56,443 nt of DNA, from positions 60,472 through 116,914 of the forward strand of contig CAJFCJ010000106.1 in NCBI GenBank assembly GCA_904063045.1, written 5' to 3'. Below the pieces are notes generated by a model, which saw only the letters and a list, made by a program, of their open reading frames with translations, searched no databases and was not told the origin of the DNA. The stretch's first letter is position 1. Each line of letters opens with the position of its first letter. Positions 47,819 through 56,443 of the stretch are shown piece by piece. Origin of the DNA: Dimorphilus gyrociliatus. Taxonomy: Eukaryota > Animalia > Annelida. Position numbers and translations under genes: made by a program.

Positions 47819-48741
47819 ACGTGTAATAAGTCATTTATATTTAACGTTATACATTTGCCAGGATGTGCTTCTTTAAATTTCAATATTTTAATGATCTTTT
47901 TGAAAAATTAATTTTACGCGTTTGTAAATGGGATAAAATATATAAAAATGACTGGGAGAAAGCTCTTAGTCCTAGCAGAACTATAAACCTATGCATTGAA
48001 CTATTTAAGGTAGAAGGTAGCAAGTAAAAACTAAATCAGAAAGCAAAACGAGAGAATCTTTTTATTTTTTAATCAAAAATTCTAAAAAAGACTTTGCTAA
48101 ATTCACAGCTTGAATAAATATTTTAGCTAACAATGAAACCTTGTTTTAGTGAATCCCGCTTAAATATCGTAAAATGCTTGATTTGTTGTGTCTATAACAC
48201 TGTAAACTAGAAATAATAGAAGAGAATTTGTTAAAGAAAAATTGTTTTACTATATTTATTGATAAAAAGAAGGTAGAATAATATTTCCCCTTGAATTCAT
48301 ATCAAATATTTCTCCTTCAAAATGTTCACCATTGGAATAATTTATTTTTTTATCAATCTTTGTTTGCTTAAGCCTTTTCATTCAGGTAAACGTTTACAGT
48401 TTTAACACTTGTAAAAATGTACTTGCTTTAATGAAGAGTTAGGGTTTTTTATGAATATTTTTGAAATCAGTTCAAATTCTCCTAGAATGATTCAAACTTT
48501 AAATGAAACATTGGTATTTTTATATTAAAATAATAGCATTATCAGAAGAGAGCCAAAATGCTCTTTTATCTATATGAAAACAAAACACTGCTTCCCAAGT
48601 TCATTAAATTACGCCAAAATAGTAGAGATTCCTTTTATCATTAATATTGCTTAATTAGATTGTCCATTTTTAACATATTCAAATTTCCCAACATAATATA
48701 TTTGCTCTTTTCAACATTTTATAAAAAATAATAAAAATAAC

Positions 48742-48948
48742 GGATACGACAGAAAACGTCCCCAAATTCATGGTTTAACCCTAACCCTAACCTAGCCCTT
48801 GTCTCTCTCTAACCTTTTTGATTACCCCTAACCCTTAGATGGAACACCCCTAACTACAAATCAAAAGGTACTTTACCCCTGCTAACCATTATTCAATCCG
48901 AAATGTTGCTTTCAAAAATCTCACTTGGGGACGTTTTCTGTCGGCCCC
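48742..48948 (+). mobile_element. MITE, same family
   Basis: ggatacgacagaaaacgtccccaa...ttggggacgttttctgtcggcccc; perfect 9-bp TSD aaaaataac (48733-48741, 48949-48957). Confidence 0.92.
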
Positions 48949-49521
48949 AAAAATAACAAATTCCATGCTTTTAAACGTAAAAGAAATATGGCAATTGATT
49001 GGAAATAGTCAAAATATAGAAACTGTCTATTTTTAGAATCAAATTTTCAGCTGTGGAACAAAGTTCATGTGAATAATGATTCAGAGTTAAAAAAGTAAAA
49101 TTCTATTGCAGTTAATTAAATTATTCATAAGATATTGTTTACATACCACTACAATGTCACCTTGTTGAAGTTACATTTTGAAAGAATGGACATTCTCCAA
49201 GATTTTCTTTGTTCTCAGCAATTAGCTAACTTTGTCTTAGAATGTATAAGTAATCTTATAAAGAGATCAATAAATGTTGATCAATAACTACATTATTTGT
49301 CTGGAATTAAATATACAGTAATGCTATATTGCCTAAAATGATCTGAAATATAATTTTGTAAGTACTCTGAAAATATGGTAGGCCTAAAATTTATTTATTA
49401 TAGTAGTTTCTTGTTTTTAATGATGTTATTTTTGATGAAATGAGATGCAACAGAAAGTATGCACAAATGTGTTTCTTTTTTATCATAATCTAGCATTTTT
49501 CTCTGCCTTTCTCATACTTAC

Positions 49522-50305
49522 ATTTGTTACAGTTATTTTCTTTATCATAATAATCATATGTAGAATTAATCAAAGCTTCATCTTTTCGTGACATATAATT
49601 AGTACGACAACTTTTAGATTTAGAATTATAGTTCACTGATCTGTGTTTGTTTAGTGGAATGTTATTTTTCTAATTAAGTATTAAGTATGTTTTAAGTTTT
49701 TAAATACCTGCAAAGTTCGCTATTGTCACATAATTTGAGACAATCTTGCAATGTCTTATCATTAAAATCACCTAATTGCTGATCATATATTTCCTTATGT
49801 TGTATTTTTTCATAGAAGCAATCTAATATTTTTAATATATATTATAGGATATTCAAATTAAACAATGTTCCGAACTTGCCACAATTTTCCTCTTTTCTGT
49901 GAATGTAATATGAAGAAGCAAAGATTAATGAACTATTTCCACTAGCAACATTTAGAAAAATGCACTTAGTATGAAGTTTGTTTTGAAGAAATGATCTTTG
50001 AAGAGAAAAAATTAGAAATTAAAATGAATAAATCAATTGAAAGTAGAACTTGACAAATACTTGCAATTTCTCAAATGATTACAAATTCTAACACATACCT
50101 CCACATTTATATTAACCTGTGAAATTGTATACTTTACTAAATCTGATGCTTCCAATGATCTATCAGAAATAACTTGATATGAGCAGCCTATTTTAGGAGG
50201 AAAATTGTTGTAAATATTTGCATATTTAACATTTGATCACTACAAACCTTTACTTTTCAAATAGTATATTTTAATCAAGAGAAATAATAAAAATAAAAAA
50301 TTCAT
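49522..50305 (-). CDS. Secreted PAN/Apple-domain protein (at least two domains), absent from the ORF track; 3' end unresolved
   Basis: Manual splicing gives leader MNFLFLLFLLIKIYYLKS (exon 50254-50305), PAN1 CSYQ...VCVRICNHLRNCKS...KCIF...YYIHRKEENC, and PAN2 CFYE...QDCLKLCDNSELCRSVNYNSKSKSCRTN...YDYYDKENNC. Intron phases are consistent. Confidence 0.75.
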
Positions 50306-51798
50306 TCTTTTCCCAATTCGGCAGATTTTTCGACAAAATGTGTACTGCTAAAACTGAGTTGAATATAACATTTAAATACTTTTTTGGTTTCAAAGACATG
50401 CATTTTTAATTATCATTTTAAATGCCACTTACTTTTTTATTGTTAAAAAAATAAAGAATAATGAAAGAATTCCTTTAAAACAAAATTACTGTTAGTTGAG
50501 TAAAATTTACTGAATTATTAATTGATGGATTTTCCCAAGAATTGCAAAATTGCAGATTAGAAAACAATAGAAGATATAGTAGAGCGAAAATTTTTTACAG
50601 CAGCCATATTTAATTTAAATAATAAACATCAAGAATATTGTTCCGCTAAGTAGAGGTTATCAATATGAAATCAATAGAACATGCGATGATGATTATGGAA
50701 ATTTCGTTGCTCCTTTTTGCATTGTTCATGAAATTGGACTAACACTCAATAAAAAACTATGAGCATATGTAAACATTATTCATTCTCAACTGGTGAAATT
50801 AATAACAAAGCTCTCCCATCTAAATGACAATAGCCCTAGATATTGATCTATAAGTGTTCACAATTTTATAATTAAAACAGTGTCTTAATTTTCTATATTA
50901 TCGATATTATTATCGAGATATTGATTAAGAATAATAATTGACAATCAAATATTTATTAAATATCATCATAGAAGTCAATCATTATTTAATACAGTCAGAA
51001 TAACACTTCCTAGACATTTTCTGTAGATTCAATTATAAGATAATTTGGCTTTTGCTATCAAATGAGTATGTCAGTCGAAAAACTTGTTGTTGGACATTAA
51101 TCTTAAGCCTATACACTGTGACAAGCTTATTAGAACTGAGTTTAAAAATAAATTTAACTTATTCAATACAGATCTTTATATGGAGAAGGGTACAATATTT
51201 TTTGGATTCTCACAGACAAAAAAAACATTAAAGTGGATTGAATTATTAAGTGACAATGCAACAGCTTCCTTGGATGGCTAGTGCCCTATTATAATACTGT
51301 ATATCTGCCTTATAAAACTACACATACATTTGCTATTTCTAGTCTACATTGCATTCACCAAGCGGAGCAAAAAAAGGTGACTGCATTACAGCCAAATATA
51401 TAGCATAATCCAAACCTCTGGCATCGGTGGTTGGCAAACTCAAACGCAAACTATCTGAACCAATCTCTAATATGATGAAACACACTAAAAATAATCCAGT
51501 ATATAATTATCTATCAAAAGTTGCCCCTAAGGAACTAACACAGCAGCAAATAAACATCTGATTAATAAGAATGAAAACAATTGTCATCATCTAGACACTC
51601 TTGTATCATATCGTCTGAATATTGTAACATTTCATGGTTAGAGAGGTGGCTCCATATAACACAACAACACATTGAAGCACAAAAAATAGACTCGTAAAGT
51701 GAGAAACATCACACATCAACCCTGCTCCAAAAAAAAGAACATTCTGGAATTTTACCCTGTGCTATGAGGAAATTTGAAAAGATGTCCCTGTAGATGAA

Positions 51799-52007
51799 GG
51801 CATGAGAACAGAAAACGTCTCCAAATTCCTGCTTTTACCCTAACCCAACCCAGCCATTGGCTGTACGTAACCTTTTCCATTACCTCTAACTCTTGGAGGA
51901 AACCATTCTAAGTACAAATCAATTGCTATCTTCTTCTTCCTAACCATTTTTCATTCCACAATCTAGCCTAGAAATTTCTCATTTGTGGACATTTTCTGTC
52001 GAGAGCC
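51799..52007 (+). mobile_element. MITE, diverged family member
   Basis: acagaaaacgtctccaa...ccctaacccaaccc...tttgtggacattttctgtcga; TSD not found; ends approximate. Confidence 0.7.
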
Positions 52008-52746
52008 TCATCTCCATTGCCCAGCCAAGATGACTTATTATATTAGCCTCATTATGTATTATATTCTTTTTTCTGACAGATGTATGGTTTTACTCTAACT
52101 TTCAAGTGGTGTATTAGGCTTCAAGTACAAATTAATTGAACCTTTTTGTCTCCTATACATTTTTCAACACAATTTTTTCCTTGAAGGTTCCATGCTCTTC
52201 CTTAAGTTGTACTGCAATGAGCTCTTTTGATATTTCTACTTGGTTTAGACCATTGCTGAATACATTTAAGGAAGGAAAGAACTTTTAAGAAAGCTTTTTG
52301 TGCTCCTATGTATAATAATAAGCCCAGACGTTTATGAAAAGCACATTAATGTATAGTATGAAATTGAATATATAATCCGTATTGCACTTGCACGTCAAAG
52401 TTGTTTACGCAATCAGAATCATAATTTATTTAGTATTTTCCTAATAAATTTTCCAAATATCTTTGCATGAACCGTTAAAACTGTGCTTGCTTTTTTAAGC
52501 CCATTTGAATTGAGCGGACTACGTTTAATCTTTTACATATTGCAGCAGCTATTTTCAAAATGTTATAAACATTTATAATTCTCTTTTCGTCTGTCTCCAA
52601 TCCTCTGCATTTCTGTATGACGTCGAATAAAATCCATTTTCTTCCATTCTAACTAGAAACATTCTTTTTACTGTTGGATTGTAAAAGTCAAATTGTTCGA
52701 TGACAAAAGATTTCGTCCATACCAAGAGTGAGTTTATGTCCCATTT

Positions 52747-52894
52747 CTGGAGATTTCGTCCAAATTTTAAAAATTTCATAAAATATACCATTCTAACCCT
52801 ATCCCTAATCCCAAGATTTTACCTAACCCTAGCCTAAACTAGCCTATCCTAACCCTAAAACTAACCAAGGCCTAAAATTGAACGAAATCTCCAG
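52747..52894 (+). mobile_element. Second MITE-like family with telomere-like interior
   Basis: TIR ctggagatttcgtccaa/ttgaacgaaatctccag around ccctaa/cctaac repeats; another related end at ~53041-53059. Confidence 0.65.
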
Positions 52895-53324
52895 CTTTCA
52901 AAAATCAATTTTTCTGTTGTCTTATGCTAAAGGAAGACAAAAGCAAGCATTTAATATCATATTTGGGAGCTGAACAATAATTTTCCATCAAATTACATAC
53001 AAAATTTCAATCAATAAGTTTAGAAATTAAGCAACAAATATTTGGGACGAAATTTCCAGACACCAGATTGTTCTACTTTCTCAGTGAAAGTTAACAATTT
53101 GATCTTCTGTTTCTTGTAAAGATATCATCATTATCATCATAATTAAAAGTAGGGTTAACCCGCTTACATTTTATCGACCTTTAACAGCCTATTTTTCATT
53201 GTATTTCTCAAGAATGTGGCTGTGCAATATAAATATTTAGTAGTGAATTTAGTAAGTGAAATAATATAATAATCCAAGGATAGTAATTCATAGGATAATA
53301 GGATAATAATGTAATTCAAATATA

Positions 53325-53760
53325 GAAATATGATTTCAATAAATTCTCCAATTTTCCTAATTCCCTTACAATATTAATTTATATAAATTTACAACTGGCA
53401 ATCTTCAATGGTTGCAAATTGGTTAGAGATTTAAATAATTCATTGTTAATTGTCTTTAAATTCATTCTACTTAAATTCAAATTATCAATTTGAAAGAAGA
53501 GAGAAAATATATTTTTCGGCTTTGTTGCAAATGGATTGTGACTAAAATCAAAGTATTAAACCATTAAGAAGCTTCTGATAGATTGACATTAGTCAAATAA
53601 AGAACAAGGTAAAATTTGGGGGACTTTGAAAAATGAAGCTTTGTAATAATGATGTTGTAGCTGTTCTATATTTTTTAGGTTAGTCAAAGACAACTGTGCT
53701 ATAAATATAAAATTTTGCATGTAACAGCATTTTTGCCAACATTTAGAGCAAATGTCCACA
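53325..53760 (-). pseudogene. Remnant of an LGR-type LRR ectodomain (paralogue 5)
   Basis: Manual translation YFDFSHNPF..KPKNIFSLFFQIDNLNLSRMNLKTINNELFKSLTNLQPLKIASC* then LGKLENL.KSYF, comparable to the LRR block of 2523-3830; stops present. Confidence 0.5.
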
Positions 53761-53896
53761 AATTCAGTTTTCTCTTAGTGGTAAAATAGAAAACCCCATA
53801 CATGGCACAAACATTATGACCTTGTGATTTTTTTTTTACACTTTGACAGATAGACTAAATTTCTTATATAAACATTATTTAATACAGTGTTCAGAA

Positions 53897-54103
53897 GGGG
53901 GTTGATGGAAAACGTCCACAAACCAGATTTTTTGAGGTTAGGTTTTGGGTTAAAAAATGGTTAGGAGGAAAAAGATAGCCATTGATTTGTAGTTAGGGGC
54001 ATACCATCTCAGGATTAGGGCTATTCAGAATGGTTAGGCAAACCCAATGGGTAGGCTAGGGCTAGGGTAAAAGCACAGTTTTGTGGACGTTCTCCATGAC
54101 AGG
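53897..54103 (-). mobile_element. MITE, same family
   Basis: tgatggaaaacgtccacaaa...tttgtggacgttctccatga; flanks tgttcagaa/cgttcagaa (8 of 9 match); ttaggg-like interior. Confidence 0.85.
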
Positions 54104-55519
54104 CGTTCAGAATGCCATCTGTTTCATATAGTTACGAAAGGTTTTGCTGTAGTTTTAAATAATTTATGATTCAAGAAATACCATTTCAGTTGTCATTCAA
54201 AATGTAAAATTGTGATTCTCATCTCAGAGTTTACATTCACACACAGGAAAAATTAGGAGGGGAAATTGATGAAATGAAAATTGACAAACTGTCCCTTAAA
54301 GGAGACCAAACTGCCACTGAACCATTAAAAGTGATGAAAAACAATTTTCTAAAGCTTGATCAAAACAAAATACCATGCAACTCTAAAATTACGATTATAA
54401 CAGTTGTTAGCTTGGTTTTCTAACGTTTTGTTTGTAAGTAATGACTCAGAAATAATCAATGCATATTCAATTGTATCAAAAGCACTGCCATTTTGCAGAT
54501 AGTTTTCATATAAAACTTTGGACAAATTCATGTAAACCTCAGATTGGAGGTTCTATATGGACAAGTTCTTTAGTCAACTGATTAAATGTTTTTGGGTAAT
54601 AAGGGGTGATTATTTAACAAGTTACAAACAGTTGCTGGGTTTGTAAATAATCAATCACCTGGCGAGTTCTTTAGATTTCCATATAAAACCGCATATTCTC
54701 CTTTCTTTTTTAAATTCTTATAATATCCTATTGGGATAGTTCAAAATGTTTTAGGGACATTTACAGATAATTTTTTGATGTATTTTTCATAAACTAATCT
54801 ATTATTATCATTTTGAGTCTTCATATAGAAAATCTAAAATAGTTGAAATGATATGGATATATGAAAAGAATGAATTGATTTAGTGTAGTAGTAGTTCATA
54901 TAAAAGAGGCCACCTTACTCCGTTTCCCTTTTAATTCACTTTTAATTGAACAGAGATATAATCTTACCAATAATATCTTGCAAGTCGCAAACAACCCTCC
55001 AACTATAATTCATAGAATTTAACATTTGAAAATTGATATTATCGCGGTTATTAATATAACTAAAATGCTTTGTCGAAACGGTAAATTGTACAATGTTAAT
55101 TTTGAAAAATTGCGAGTTTTAGGAAAGTACTAAGACATATCGAATCCCTTAATTGAGTATTATACATCTGCAAAAGTCAATACTGTTACGCAAAAATTAT
55201 GATTTACGATTTACCAAATAATGAATATTGCGTAATATAATACAAAATTTTCACTCAAGACAATAACTAGTTTTACAAGAGATTCCTTTACCACTGTCTC
55301 AAACTTCACCTAACCTTTTTCAATAGCCCTAAGCTTTAGATGTACAAATTATTAGGTTTCCTATTCTTCTCCGCCATTTTTCGGTTAAAACTCTAACCTT
55401 CAAATATCCTATAATCAACATCTCAAACCTCTCATAACTTAATAATTTTTTCTAGAAACTAAAGTAGGAGAGAGAAAGACAGATAGCTTAATTCAAAGAT
55501 AAACTTATTAAAAAGTCAT

Positions 55520-56443
55520 TTATAGCAACAAAGTTGCTTGTTTTCTGAATACTTTTATATTTAAAAATAATTTCAATTTAAAAGTCTTTTTTTCAAATTC
55601 AAAATACATTGAATAAATTTACCAAAAGCGTAAATATCAATAATTTCAGTTGAATCAGAAAAAATTCTAAAACTTTTCCAACAAACATAGAATTTTCTTT
55701 TATTTTCCTAACAAAAAAGTAAGTTAGATTATAATAAAATATTTAAGAGAGGAAGAGAGCTGTTATCTTATTTTACATTATAAATAATATTTTCCAAGGA
55801 TAATAATCCTCTAAATGTTATGAAGTTTGAGTGTAAAAAGCAACAGGCAATCGAAACTGCTTTGATACATTGAAAGTAGTTCAGTTCTTTAAATAAATAA
55901 TTTTCAACTAAAGAAGATGATGATGCTTGATAGTTTTGTAAATAGCATATATGATAATCATCATAATCATTTAAACAGGAAATAACTTGTTTAAAGATAA
56001 ATAAATAGAAATTTGTACATATTTTATGTAGATATTTTATGGTCTACTTACATTTTTTTCTTGTCGAATATTCAATTTCCAGTTTATTCCTTTTCCTGTG
56101 ACAAGCAGCAACTTGAACATCAAGGCGGAGAAAAAAAGAAATCTTACCCTCTCTGTAATAGCTGATTTATTTGCTTATGTAATAGCTATAGATAGAAGAT
56201 AAGGTAAAGATTAATGGATTTAACACCGAATTATTTGGAATAAAAAATATAACAAGTAGAATTTTGACATTAGCTTGTACTGTAAGTTCTTTAAATGTTG
56301 AAAATATTACTGAAAACAGATGAAAAATGGTTGTGTTCAAGAATGAAATTTTAAAAACAACTCTTATTTAACCTAAAAGTGAAAGTGGAAACCAACAAAT
56401 TACATTTGTAGAAATGGTTAGAAGAAATGATTTTTTAATTCTT
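55520..56443 (-). CDS. 3' end of GRL101/LGR-like paralogue 6 (TM6-TM7 plus pseudokinase exons); gene continues beyond the window; absent from the ORF track
   Basis: TNVICWFPLSLL|VIFSTFKEL...FFIPNNSVLNPLIFTL with a 63-nt intron (56310-56372) at the same position as in paralogue 1. The TM7 frame stops at 56167. Downstream exons give FLHSNFITFRGLLSLENII (~55780-55840) and DIYAFG (55621-55638). Confidence 0.8.

Noticed and set aside
51084-51560. Non-LTR retrotransposon ORF1 remnant
   Set aside because: Only a vague compositional impression; no zinc knuckle, endonuclease or RT motif.
52100-52791. Coding-looking minus-strand stretches
   Set aside because: Interrupted by stops, partly MITE-derived, no motif recognised.
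47613-54103. ccctaa/ttaggg runs as telomere or chromosome-fusion site
   Set aside because: Runs are short, degenerate and always enclosed by MITE TIRs.
1-56443. CRISPR arrays, rRNA/tRNA genes or prokaryotic operons
   Set aside because: None seen; the sequence is spliceosomal-intron-rich eukaryotic DNA, and TTG/CTG starts in the ORF track are artefacts.

Overview
AT-rich animal genomic DNA from a compact genome with many 40-70 nt GT-AG introns. It looks spiralian; a meiofaunal annelid such as Dimorphilus is a guess I cannot verify. The window is dominated by a minus-strand array of GRL101/LGR-like receptor genes (signal peptide, SRCR-like, C-type lectin, LDLa repeats, LRR, 7TM): three near-complete copies, a 5' half cut by an assembly N, an LRR remnant, and a 3' end at the window edge. 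The most notable observation is that the 7TM is followed in three paralogues (eroded in a fourth) by a conserved three-exon pseudokinase module resembling the kinase-homology domain of receptor guanylyl cyclases. In one paralogue it splices in frame to TM7. Also present: three intronless class-A GPCRs, an SDR gene, a PAN/Apple-domain gene, RI/NLR-type LRR fragments, Tc1 (DD34E) elements, and a MITE family with 9-bp TSDs and telomere-like interiors. An ~11 kb near-perfect palindrome (28319-39355) ends exactly at an N and is probably an assembly fold-back. It carries a bacterial-looking intronless epimerase and a tandem-C1q gene. All domain calls come from manual translation and motif recognition; no database searches were run.
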